Of a stretch of DNA of 64,000 nucleotides, positions 34,245 through 46,312 are shown piece by piece. Origin of the DNA: Asterias rubens. Lineage: Eukaryota. Positions within the stretch are counted from its first letter, which is position 1. Each line of letters begins with the position of its first letter. The stretch covers positions 13,640,001 to 13,704,000 of the forward strand of contig NC_047064.1 in NCBI RefSeq assembly GCF_902459465.1, in the 5' to 3' direction. The notes under the pieces are model-generated. The model did not search any database and was not told the DNA's origin. It was given only the letters and a program-made list of their open reading frames with translations. The translations under genes were made by a program, and so were the position numbers.

Positions 34245-34682
34245 AGTGCCCGCGATAACAGCGTCCTCTCTTGACTTAAACCGTGAACAACAACTACAAA
34301 ATTCCTTTTTCTGTTTCATTTGACATTTAAGACCGAGCTGTGTTACAAAACACATATTGACTGGCATAATTCGGTAACTAGTGTACGTCTATTCCCCTCG
34401 GGCCTGTGAGTGTCCAGAGGAGGGGCCTATCACTCAAACTCCCTCGTGGGAATAGACGTATACTAGTTACCTCGTTGCCAGTCAATATGTGTATAAAAGC
34501 AAATCGTTTAACAGTTGCATCGAAAATGGGCTTGTTTGAGAGACAACTGATACTACAATTTCAAATTGGCCACAAGCGCCTCTCTTAAAAAAAAAAAAAA
34601 AAAAAATTTAAAGCAGTCCCACAACATCGGTAGACAGTATTGTCAAAAGGCCCACACTTGTTTATCACAACAATGTTCTAAT

Positions 34683-34886
34683 TAGACTTGTGGACAAGTC
34701 GTTAAATCGGCCCCACGCGCTGAGATAGTGGTCTCGCGAGATCACTGCTCTCGCGCGAACTCGGCCCCACGCGCTGAGATATTTCGACTCGAAATCGGGG
34801 AGCAATCAGTTCGCGCGAGAGCAGTGATCTCGCGAGACCACTATCTCAGCGCGTGGGGCCGATTTAACGACTTGTCCACAAGTCTA
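34683..34886. mobile_element. Long-TIR MITE (204 bp) with perfect 9-bp TSD (Mutator-like)
   Basis: tagacttgtggacaagtcgttaaatcggcc...caagtcta with arms of about 80 bp. TGTTCTAAT duplicated at 34674-34682 and 34887-34895. Confidence 0.88.
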
Positions 34887-34929
34887 TGTTCTAATGAGTG
34901 CAAAAACATCCCCTTTCGATGAATGTGTG

Positions 34930-35312
34930 TTAAAGGCAGTGGACGCTATTGCTAATTACTCAAAATAATTGTTAGCATAAAACTTTACTTGGTAATGAGT
35001 AATAAGGAAAGGTTGATGGTATAAAATATTGTGAGAAACAGCTCCCTCTGAAGTGACATAGTTTTCGAGAAAGAAGTATTTTTCCACGAATTTGATTTCG
35101 AGACCTCAAGTTTAGAATTTGAGGTCATGAAATCAACCATCTAAAAGCACACAACTTCGTGTGATAAGGGTGTTTTTTCTTTCATTGTTATCTCGCAACT
35201 TCGACGACCGATTGAGCTCAAATTTTAGGTTTGTTATTTTATGTATATGTTGAGATACACCAAGTGAGAAGACTGATCTTTGACAATTACCAATAGTGTC
35301 CACTGCCTTTAA
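34930..35312. mobile_element. Kolobok-like MITE, family K1 (full length)
   Basis: ttaaaggcagtggacgctattgctaattac...aattaccaatagtgtccactgcctttaa. Confidence 0.85.
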
Positions 35313-36359
35313 AAGTAAAAAGAAACATTGTTTAAAAACCCCCACAAAAACCCACATCGTCCCCCCTAAGAATGGTCACCAGTCCAAAAGATTGCAGTTC
35401 CGGGAAACAATTCAGCCAGATTTATTCATGTACGTCATATCTTTTGCTCTGAGCCACAAACAAACATTATATACATTACTCTTTACTTCCCATTACCCTC
35501 CACTGCACTCCTGCCTGAGAATTTATGTGTCGTTTATATTCTGTAAATAAAGTTTAAATAATCATGTTTTTAAAGTTATTTTTTATAAATTTGTTACTAT
35601 AACTATCTCATGTAAGTAACCCCTTTTTTTCATGTCCCTTGCACCTATTTCTAATATCATCCTACCTTTGTTCTTGCTACTCTTTATTAACTGACCACTG
35701 TTAGATGCATCATGTTGCAACTTGCTCTCTAATCCTACCCTTTCGTGTTTCCCTGCAATGTTATCGAACAAAGCATTTTACCACTTTCATGGTCCAGCAA
35801 TCCATCCTTTCATACTAAACATCCTTTGTCCACACCACATTACTTTTATTGGTTCATAGCCACCAATAGTTGGGGGTCGATTTCACAAAGATTTAAGATT
35901 GATAGTAACTGCAAATCAATCGTAGTTGCTATGAAAATGGTGATATCACAATACAAATTACTATGGTGATACTGGAAAATTGTCTTGCGATGAATTTTAT
36001 TGCTTTGTGAAATCGGCCCCATAGAAACTTAAAAATTGGCTGAAATTTTCCAGCTTCTTTCTGGATCCTTCTAATCCCTTTACCCTCTCTTTTCCTAATG
36101 GATATGTATTTGAAGAAGGTCCGGTCTGGATTGTAGGCTTTCAACACATTACTCATAGTATACACATGGCCGTAGATAAAGAGATAGCGAGACAGATGGA
36201 GTGTACCCAAAACGCGATAACAAAATAAATACGTTTACCTTCAATAGGGGTCCTATTTGCAGTATGCATCGATATAACGCGATTGATTTTGATAAGGTCT
36301 TGAAAAAAGAATAAAAGAACAGACGTTCAGCCAAATCTATGCACTTGCAGGCTAGCCTG

Positions 36360-36585
36360 CACTCTAAAAACGCCAGGGTCAGAATTTACCCGGATTTCGG
36401 GTCCCAGGGAGCTAGACCCATTTGTGGGTTCGTGTCAAGTGACCAGAAATTTTGTTAAAAGCGGGGATTTTTACTCGGATTCCGGGACACATTGACACGG
36501 GATCCGGGTCAAACTGACCCAGAAATGGGTCTGGCCCCCTGGGACCCAAATCCGGGTCAATTCTGACCGGGATTATTTTAGAGTG
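36360..36585. mobile_element. CACT-terminated MITE (EnSpm/CACTA-like)
   Basis: cactctaaaaa...ttttagagtg termini with inverted subterminal gacccagaaatgggtc / gggaccc motifs. Fragments at 6165-6240 and 20620-20785. Confidence 0.65.
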
Positions 36586-36994
36586 TACTTCAGTTTGTTC
36601 CTGTGCAAAAACTGAACCTACGAATTACTCATACCATCACTCAGTCCCCTGACGATGACTAGAGCAAGCTAGTTAAAGCGTTGAGACCAATTCAAGAACT
36701 GACTCAGCGGTAGTGCAGTATATTACGATCCTAAGCTTAAGTGGTAGGTCCCAGCCAATATTCTATACCTCCCGCCCGGGTAGTAGTTAAAAAGCAGGAC
36801 AGTTCTTTTCAGAACTGAGAAGTCTCCCGACCATCCGATAAATCTACTCCGTGGTAGTAGAATAAAGCAAGACAGTTCAAACTAAGAATAAACTCTACCT
36901 GGCAAGTAAATACACAAATGCGCCGTTACCGCAAACCAATCCCATGCTCATACCATTGAGCTATAGGCCTACTTTTACATGGGGTGGATTAATG

Positions 36995-37378
36995 ATAATA
37001 ATAATAATAATAATAATAAGTGTATTTATAACGCGACTATTGCCAAAGGATACAAAGCGCCAGGTATTATTACTGCAAGGAGTTGAACATTTTTTGAGAT
37101 ATAAGACCTAATCCTTTAGCACCATGTAATGGTTTACAAGGTGCTGTGGCGCAATAATGCTGCAATCCAGCCAGGAACACCGGGGCGAACCGCTTCTCTT
37201 TTCGTTAAGTGCACAACACATGGGACCAACGGCTTTACGTCCCATCCGAAGGACGAAGCAATGTTTAAGTGTCTTGCTTAAGGACACAAGTGTCACGGCT
37301 GGGGAATCGAACCCACACTCTGCTGATCAGAAACACCAGAGTTTGAATTCGGTGCTCTTAACCGCTCGGCCACGACAC
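36995..37378 (-). mobile_element. Full-length tRNA-derived SINE with (TTA)n tail
   Basis: Head gtcgtggccgagcggttaagagcacc (A box) ...gtgggttcgattcccc (B box); body cgtccttcggatgggacgtaaagccgttggtccc; tail tataaatacacttattattatt. Fragments at 30205-30275, 41118-41145, 50870-50940, 59300-59460, 60707-60800 and 62245-62400. Confidence 0.85.
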
Positions 37379-38100
37379 TCGCAATTCTTTGCCTGTTGGG
37401 TGGTTATTTGGATTCTAAATCATTCAGAATTCCCTTTAACTTTTTGTTTTCGTATTTTTAATGTTGTTTAATGTTAACAATGCATATATCGATGTTTAAT
37501 ATATATTTTGTTTATGTGGCAAGACTTTTAAAATTTAAGGCTTTTGGCTACAGTTTTCCGGTTAACTGTTTTAGTTCTGGGCACAATTTGTCCATGACGT
37601 TTTTTTTTAATGGATGTATTTTGTATGTGTTTTAATGCCGAATAAATACAAACACTACCTCCATGCTCTTTCGATTTTCCTAAGCATTGCTAATTCATTT
37701 TTTATGTAAAGGCAAGCCGCTAAAAAAAATAAGCTACCTGGCTTATTTTTTGGCCCGTTGCCTCGACGCGGTTTTCCCGCTAGTTTATTCTTTTCCTGCC
37801 TTTCATGTGCATTACAATGTAGTTCTGTAATAATTTGTGCAAGTGTGTGTGGAAATGCATGCGAATTGAATTGAATTGAATTGAATTGAGTCGAATCAAA
37901 TAATCCCCTTTACGACCTAAAAGGGACCCCTTTGCAGTTACAGCAATTACGTCATTGATTTTGATAAGGTTTGCAAACACAGCGCCACAACTACAGTTAT
38001 AAAACCACCGCCGACCTGTGTGTCACACAACGGAGGTATAAATAACACTACTGCCGAGTACTTCATTGGCAATTCATACTGGGAGGTTACCACATTCAAC

Positions 38101-41100
38101 ATGGCGGTAACATGGACGTTTCGGTGTTCGGTGTGGGTAATGTTGTCTGGGTTTGTCACGGCGTATGCTGCCAACTACTGCTGGGCCAGTGATGTATCGT
38201 GGATGATCAAAACTGCAATTTGTGAGTATTGGGACAGATGCCGTGTAGGCCTAGATCACAGTCAAATGTAATTGATTCTTCCGTGTGAGTCTTTCACTCA
38301 GTAACACTCCCAAGGTTGCAACCTTTGACTGCCCAGGAAGCCAAGTCTATGGGACGCCAAAGAGGCATTATTCAAGTGAACACATCTATCAGTCTTTTGC
38401 ATGGAAACATCAGGAGAGTCACGTACATTTTAGTAGGCCTACCACCTTTTTCTCAAAAACTTTATGACTTATGACGCTGACATTTTTACAGCTAAATTAT
38501 ATTACATACATCTTCATTCAGTGAGTAGGGATACGTGGCATGGCAACACGAAGGGTATCAAACCGTTTAAACGAACTTCAGGAATTTTCGAGGATAAATT
38601 GAACACGTATTTTAATTGATCCTGGAAAGTTCATTTAGTTCGGTGTTATTTAAGTCACTGTTAAAGCAATCGCACAACATCGGTAAACAGTGTTGCCCAA
38701 AGGCCCACACTTCGTGTATCACAACTTATATATGCAAATAATAAACCTGTGAAAATTTAGGCTCAATCGGTCATCGGAGTCGGGAGAAAATAACGGGAAA
38801 ACCCACCCTTGTTTCCGAACGTTTCGCCGGGTCATGACATGTGTTTAAAGACACTGGACACTGTCGGTAATTGTCAAAGATCAGTCTTCTCACTTGGTGT
38901 GTCTCAACATGTGCATAGAATAACAAACCTGTGAAAATTTGAACTCGATTGGTCGTCGAAGTTGCGAGATAACTATAGAAGAAAAAACACCCTTGTCACA
39001 CGAGTTGTGTGTGCTTTCAGATGCTTGATTTCGAGACCTCAAGTTCTAAACTTGAGGTCTCGAAATCAAATTCGTGGAAAATAACTTCTTTCTCGAAAAC
39101 TACGTCACTTCAGAGGGAGCCGCTTCTCACAATGGTTTATATTATCAACCTCTCCCCATTACTCGTTACCAAGTAAGGTTTTATGCAAAAAAAAAATTAA
39201 ATCCGTTATTCTCGATATCGAGAATTGATATTTGTTTAAATGTTTTCTCAAAAATTAAAGCATTTCATGGAATAATGTTTCAAGGGAAGTATTTCGCCAT
39301 TACCTTATGTACACCCTGTAAGTTATTTGTAAGTCTGTGAACTTTTATTTTTTGTTTGTTCAGAAAGTGTCCAGTGTCTTAAAGAATAATCCTAATTATT
39401 TGGTTACAAGTATCAGGGTGTCAATGAACTTATTTAAATCATCATTTTAAATGAGTTAATCAAATGTTTTAGAGTTGTGTTTATGTGCATGCTAACTTCG
39501 TTTAAAAGTAAAAGTTAGCATTATTATGTCCCTCTGTTCGTGTTTGAGTTTCTGAACTGTAAGTAAATCCTTGAAAATTTGGTCTGTGAATTGCCCAACA
39601 ACTTTCACATGACTTCTGTACATGCCCAGATATTGTCTGTTTTTTGCTTCAGTCTTTCTCCTATCCAGTTATTGGTATATTTCTCTAATTATCTAAGCTT
39701 TTTTATATGGCGTGACAACATCCCCAACTGTTATTATACCCCGAAGAGCAAAAGGTCCATCATTTTACTACCACACAATCAAAGATATGTTGATAAATTA
39801 ACGAAAAGCCTGTGGCACCCGACCCCCTCTTAGATAAAAGTGGAATGGTCCACTTTATTATATCAATGAATTGGATTACCCCGATTATTATACTTTGGCC
39901 GTGGCCCTTCAGCTCAGTACTAGAAAGAAAAAAAACAGTTGAAATTAACACAGTGTTTTCACCTTGTTGTCTCCCAGGTATCTTTGCTGGTTGGTGCGGA
40001 TTGTCAACCATTGTAGCTTTACACATCTCAACTCTACGCTGTTCCGAGAGCCACACTTTAGCAACTCTATTGATTCAGTATTTGATGAACCAGATTCCAA
40101 GTCTCATGGCCTCTTCTGTCTACTCTGGCATCAAGAAAGTCTGGCAACGTCCTATGGAAGAGCAAGAGAAGTTTCTTATGAAGCTGCTCGCCCGTGATGC
40201 GAAGACGGAGTACGGCATGACACACGGCTTCAGCGACATCAAATCTCTTCAAGAGTTCCGTGAGAAGCATCCACTCACTAAGTATGAACACTATCGAGAT
40301 TACTTCACCAGGCTGGCAGACGGGGAAAAGAACGTCTGCGTTGCGGCAACATTGGAGCGTTTTGGAACTTCGTCTGGCACAACAGGAAAGGGCAAGCTTA
40401 TTCCGATGGTAAGACCGACAGAATTCACGAAGGTGAGCATGGCAATTACAAGTAAACTGTCCTCGGTAAGTCCCGTGCAGAAAATGTATTCGCTATACTG
40501 CAAACCCGTGGTGAAGATGACAAAATCGGGAGTGCGTATTGCACCTGTGATGTTCGTGCCTGAAGGTAAAATAATGAGTTTGCTGGTGTCCGCTACCCAG
40601 AACACGCCGCCCAGTGGCTTCCAGATATCCACTGATTTCGAAGCCACCTACGTCCAAACCCTCTTTGCTCTCACCGACAAAAATATCGGCCAGATCAATG
40701 CGCCTTTCGCCTCGCAGGTCTACCGAGGATTGAAAATGCTGGAAGACGAACAGGAGATGTTTTTAGAGGATCTCACTCTAGGAAGGGTCAACCCGAAGAT
40801 ACAACTCGATGAGGGAATTCGACGGTCTCTGGACGCAGCTTTGACGGCAGACCCAGCTCGAGCAGATGAACTAAGGAGGGAGTTTTCTAAAGGCTTCGTG
40901 GGCATCGTGGGTAGAATCTGGCCTCATCTGTCTCATGTAGCGGGCATCGACGTTTCTGGGTTCATGAAGAAGCTTGATGCCAGATACACCAAAGGTAATT
41001 ACCGAACTAGCCCAAATGTATACAACAAGTGTTTTATGTTTTCTTTATGTTTTTAATAGTGGCTATTTTAATAATAGTGCGCATATCCGTCACTCAGTGA

Positions 41101-44100
41101 CGCTCAAGGTAAGCAATCGACTCGAACCCACACTCTGCTGATCAGAGTTTATTAGTGTATCAGATGATTGCCCTGCGAGTGGTATCCTACAAACATGATG
41201 TGTTATATTTATACGCAAGTTTCTTTTCAAGACAGGTACCCGACTACACTCGCCAGCCTATTCATGCACAGAAGGGTTTATTGGCGTGAATGCATGGGTG
41301 GATAAGACACCACAGCAGTATACGCTCCTCCCAAATGAAATGGTCGTTGAGTTTATCCCAGAACACCTCAGGTTAGTCTCTCGCTTTACACAATCAAACT
41401 CCGTACACCGATCACAAAAACTCGTCAATGTTTCAAACTAATGCAATATACACCGGGCAAGTTCCCGCACCGTTGACCCCCGAACTCTGTCAGTCAACTT
41501 CTTATAGTGGTGTCCGAGTGGTGTCCTCGGTCAATGATGTTACGGCTGTGTTGTCCCCAGATCTTCCCGTCCCTTTATGCGTGTAGATATTCTCCAGATG
41601 TCACACGCGATCGTTGGTCTACACTAGTCGACTATTTGAAACCAACCTACTGGGCATGGTCGCATCGCTGGTTATCAACCAGTTACATAGCACAGTGCAG
41701 AGTGGACCAGTGTAACACAATGATAACGTGCGTTCAGTTGCAGGTCGCCCTGAGATGACATGACAAGAGTCGATCGCGTTCAACTTCTGTGCGCATGCCC
41801 TACGTACGTCGTTAAACAACCACTCGTTAACTATTGATTCTTGCGCGAACTTGACCCCTGCATTCGCTCCGTTAATAGTTGAAAGTTTAAGTAAACCACT
41901 GTCACCACAACACAATGACATGTTCTGGGGTTGATGTTTATCAACACGGTTCTCAGGTGAAGCATCTCGCACAAACAACCAAACTCCTTAAACCGACCAC
42001 ACAAACTCGTTAAGGTTTCAAACTATACCGTGCAATATAAACTGCTTGTGGTAATATTAAAAGTTTAAGTTATAATAGCTATTCACCACAACACAATGAC
42101 ATGTTCGGGTTGATGATCATTAACACGTTTATTTCTTCTCATTTTCTTCTCACATCCAGTGCCGAAGAGACTCCACTTACGTTGCTGATGGACGAGGTCG
42201 AGGTTGGCAAACGGTATGAGATTGCTATAACGAGCATATCAGGGTTTTACCGTTACCGTTTGGGCGACGTTGTCGAGGTTGTGGATTTCATCGAGCGTTG
42301 CCCAGTGGTTGCCGTTATGTACAGGTATGTAACTTCAATGACATGTAGTGTAAATAAATGCTACAAGGAGCTACATTCTGAGTGCGGAGGTAGATAAAAT
42401 CCACAGATAACTTGGATTGGATTCGAACCACAACCCCCCCCCCATCCCAGCCTCAATACAGATGTCTTAACATTGGGGAAAAACGGTCGTCGACAATTTC
42501 CACAATAAACTAAGAAATCTATATGCATTTCCCTTTACTTGCATGCTTATTATTATAAACTCAAAGTGGCAGCAGATTTACCGGGTAAAATTCCATTGTG
42601 TAATAATGGATTTTACCTGTTAAGTCTGCTGCCACCAAGTGTCCTAAAAGTCCCCATTGCATAGTTCGTTTAGCTTTCCTGGGACGACCCCATTCTGACC
42701 CGGTACGTTCGAATAGTTTGACGGGGTTCACCCGGGTCAGCACCCAGTGCCCTGCTTGTGGAGTGGGTCACTTGGGGTGACCTGAGGTGCATGCCGTCAC
42801 CACGAGAGGGCGAGTGTGATCGTTCGATTAGCTTTTTCTTGTCAGGGGCTCACCCGAGTGAGTGAGCACCGCAGGGTCGACCCAAGGAAGCTTATCGAAC
42901 GCACCCATTATCCATCTGATTATCTGACGTCACACTTACAGACGCATGAATTACACCAGAGAGTGGCTTCAAGCCTAGGATAATCCCCGTCCATAATCAC
43001 CTCTAAACTAAATCACTGGTTCTGAAAAGCAAGTACCTGTTTTTAGGGGACCAGTCCACATTATGCAGTGCAATAGGTGACCGGTAGGCCTGTCATCGTA
43101 CAAGTTTGTACTTTTCCAGTTCCTGGGTCACACCGCATGACCGTCACTTACTTTCCAGATCACAGGTCATTATGCATAACATGAGATTCTGTCCCCCGGA
43201 GATTATGTGCCCTCCCCCCATCCAGATGGCGAACTGTGTCCTAGACTGGGCCCATGTTAATTTCCCATTATGGGGGACTCTCCTGTAGACAGATTTCCCT
43301 GGGACACCGGGCATGATATTAGCAGGACAAGAAGAAACACACAAGTAAACGAATAACTTGTGTTTTATGTGTTTTACTTTGGTCTTATTTCTAGAACTGG
43401 AGAGCTACTGAATCTACGCAGTGAGAAGATTAACGTACTGGTGGTCAATAAAGCCATTCAAGAAAGCTTAGAAGGATGGGATGGAGCTACTCTAGTGGAA
43501 TGGGCATGCGCAGAGAGCCCACTTATGCACGATGACAAAAATGGTAACAATTTGAAGTTGTGCATGGAGCAAACACGGAGCATAAACTTTCGTTCTATTT
43601 TTGACAAATTTAGAAACATGAATTTAAATCTTTTAAATTTTGTCTTGCTTCCAGATGGTGAATATGACATGTATTATTTGCTTTTCGTTGAGCTCGAATC
43701 AGAGAAGGAAATACGATTATCTGCTGATCAGATGTCAATGGTAAATACTATGCTTTCTAAAAAACTTACAACTGTATACTTAATCGAACTTTAAAGACAG
43801 TGGACACTATTGGTAATTGTCAAAGACCAGTCTTCCCACTTTGTGTAACTCAACATGTATGCACAAAATAATAAACCCATAAAAATTTGAGCTCGATTGG
43901 TCGTCGGAGTTGCGAGAAAACTATGAAAGAAAAAACACCCGTGTCACACGAAGTTGTGTGCTTTCAGATTCTTGATTTCGAGACCTCAAATTCTAAATAT
44001 GAGGTATCGAAATCAAATTCGCGGAGAATTACTTCTTTCTCAAAAACTATGTCACTTCAGAGGGAGACTTTTCTCACAATGTTTTATACTATCAACCTCT

Positions 44101-44903
44101 CCCCATTTACTCGTTACCAAGTAAGGTTTATGCTAATAATTATTTTGAGTTATTATCAATAGTTTCCACTGCCTTTATTTAAAGTAAGCTTATTTGTGAT
44201 GTTTGATGAAAAGTATGATTTATAAAAGGGGTTATCAAACAATTAGCCACAAGGAAAACTGACGGCATGGCACAAAAAGGTTCTACCTTGTGAACAGTAA
44301 TTTACAATTTATAAAAGTGACGCGATAAGCCTAAGACAATGTTTCAGTCTATGGCGTCTTTGCCTTGTTGCCCTTTGAATGGTTTCCCAACAGACTGTAA
44401 AGCTTTTCCAATGGAAAATGAATATGGCCTTGCCCTCCCAAGATGAAATTACAAGCCAAGCTAGAAGGGGGTTCTGAAATCGTCACAATGCCTGATACAT
44501 CAATGTCCTGGTTTGTGAAGCGTAGTTTAAAGTTTACAAAAGTGACGTGATAAGCCAACGAAAGTCGATGGCTTTCGGATGAGGTCTTCACAAAAGTATC
44601 AAGCATAAAGTCGTGATAACCTTTTCATTTCATACTTTCTTCTAACATATTCTGTTCTTTTAAAAAATTCAGTTCGATAAATCTCTACGGAAACAGCATG
44701 AGTTCTACGAGCAGTACCGGAAAGTGGGCACAATCTGCGAGGCTCGTGTTGTAGTCCTTCGCCCTGGCTCATTTAACAAGCTGCAAGAACACATCATAGC
44801 GACCTCAACGGCCAGTTATAACCAGTTCAAGATGCCTAAGAAGTTGCGCACTAAGGCGATGTTGGATCTTATGTTGGAGTGTGCAGTAGTTGAAAACACT
44901 TAG
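38101..44903 (+). CDS. GHDC: GH3 domain-containing protein, paralog D (634 aa, 7 coding exons)
   Basis: Exons 38101-38221, 39978-40994, 41236-41371, 42160-42324, 43395-43543, 43655-43740, 44673-44903. GT-AG, open frame. Motifs FGTSSGTTGKGK, PAYSCTEG, GFYRYRLGD, NQFKMPKK. Confidence 0.92.
38661..39382. mobile_element. Kolobok-like element family K4 with a K1 element nested at 38844-39185
   Basis: The outer element (ttaaagcaatcgcacaacatcgg...gtgtccagtgtcttaa) matches the uninterrupted copy at about 51008-51380 in reverse. The K1 insert starts at an internal ttaa. Confidence 0.75.
42660..42906. mobile_element. MITE family H in intron 4 of paralog D, abutting a family P MITE
   Basis: Family H core, right TIR gaagcttatcgaacgcaccc|at. 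Confidence 0.75.
43791..44178. mobile_element. Kolobok-like MITE, family K1 (reverse)
   Basis: ttaaagacagtggacactattggtaattgtc...tttccactgcctttat. Confidence 0.8.
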
Positions 44904-44924
44904 TGATAGTTAGTAGTTTATTAT

Positions 44925-45590
44925 GGGTGCGGTCGATTATCTTCCCCGGGTCGACCCCGGTCTGCCCCGGTGTGGCGGTTTCAGTTATCCGCCGTGTTCA
45001 GTTTTCCGGGTGACGTAGTCGGACATATCAACATGTTGTTCGAACGGTTTTAGCTTTCCGGCGTGTTCAGTTTTCCGGGTGACCTGTCGGATACCGCCGC
45101 GAGTACCCTGGCGAGTACTGTAGTTCTCTCAGCAGTGACCCCAAATTGTTTATATTACGATTCTTTTCTGTGTAGTCACATAATCTCTTGCCCCATCTTT
45201 ACATGTATTCATGGGTACAACTTTAGGCAGGTCACACTCTGCTTGCATAAAAAACCCCCATACGATCCACGCGTTTGCCGCTAGTTGTACTCGACTCGTG
45301 GACGCCGCCATGACAGCTATCGGAGGGTTACGGATGACTCAATACGGCACTAAAAATGGACTACTTTCGCTTGCTGTGCGCAGGCATCGCATGACGTAAT
45401 GCTACCGTATTTGGTCATTCGGAAAACTGAACACAGCGGAAAGTTGAAACCGCCACACCTGTACGTTTGCTGGCCCGAGGTGCTTGACATCACCACGAGA
45501 GGGCGAGTGATCGTTTGAGTAGTTCTTGTCAGGGGCTCACCCGAATGAGCACCCGCGGGGTCGACACAGGGAAGCTAATCGATTGCGACC
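44925..45590. mobile_element. MITE family H with nested 487-bp TGT...ACA element (44971-45457), starting 22 bp after the paralog D stop
   Basis: Inner TIR tgtggcggtttcagttatccgccgtgttcagttttccg / cggaaaactgaacacagcggaaagttgaaaccgccaca; flanks ccgg / cctg. Confidence 0.7.
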
Positions 45591-45916
45591 TTTAATTATT
45601 TGACGCATGAAGACGGTAGTACAGACTACAGAAACATATTTTGTTAAGAGTAATGGATGGTAAGAATAATAATATGAACTTGATAGAGCTATATATGCAC
45701 TTAATCAACTATATACTATGAGGTTGGCTCAGTGGTTTCTATTCCTGGTTTTCACCTCTGTGAGCCCCGGTTTGAATCTCACCTCGGACCAAAGCAATTC
45801 ATGCGTATAGTGGGTTCCAGTCCCTATCCTATCTGAGTGAGTGAGTTGCTTTCCCACAATTGATTTCCATCCACATTTAAAATCGTACATTTTGTTCTCG
45901 TTTCATACTAGTCCTG

Positions 45917-46312
45917 TTAATGGCGGTGGACACTATTGGTAATTACTCAAAATAATTTTTAGCATAAAACATGTCTTGGTGACGAGTAAATGGGAGAGGT
46001 TGATAGTATAAAACATCGCGAGAAACGGCTCTCTCTGAAGTGCCATAGTTTTTTAGGTTTTTGAGAAAGAAATAATTTTCCACGAATTTGATTTCGAGAC
46101 CTATGATTTAGAACTTGAGGTCTCGAAATCAACCGTCTAAACGCACACAACTTCATGTGACAAGGGTGTTTTTTTCTTTCATTATTATCTCGCAAGTTCG
46201 ATGACCGATTGAGCTCAAATTTTCACAGTTTTTTTATTTTATGTATATGTTGAGATACACCAACTCTGAAGGCTAGTCTTTGACAATAACCAATAGTGTC
46301 CACTGCTTTTAA
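45917..46312. mobile_element. Kolobok-like MITE, family K1
   Basis: ttaatggcggtggacactattggtaattactc...caatagtgtccactgcttttaa. A further half copy lies at 46527-46755. Confidence 0.8.

Noticed and set aside
35600-35850. Possible RTE-type LINE 3' coding remnant on the minus strand (W.G..RM...LFDNIAGKHER)
   Set aside because: Too degenerate to support without a profile search.
37300-37378. tRNA genes at A/B-box sequences (also 16180-16250, 22290-22355, 60707-60800, 13600-13680)
   Set aside because: I could not close an acceptor stem. Several run directly into a shared SINE body, and the rest look like degenerate SINE heads.
38095-38112. TISU/YY1-like (C/A)AA(C/A/G)ATGGCG context at several start codons
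   Set aside because: Indistinguishable from an ordinary strong Kozak context plus the conserved Met-Ala start, and 5' UTR lengths are unknown.
39812-39977. N-terminal extensions of the long ORFs (MAPDPLLD... in D, MMCRWETG... in A)
   Set aside because: These are intronic read-through upstream of the exon 2 acceptor. The conserved exon 1 supplies the real start.
4467-44903. A/B and C/D as uncollapsed haplotypes (assembly artefact)
   Set aside because: Introns differ greatly in length and TE content, the proteins differ at many positions, and orientations alternate. This is far beyond allelic divergence.
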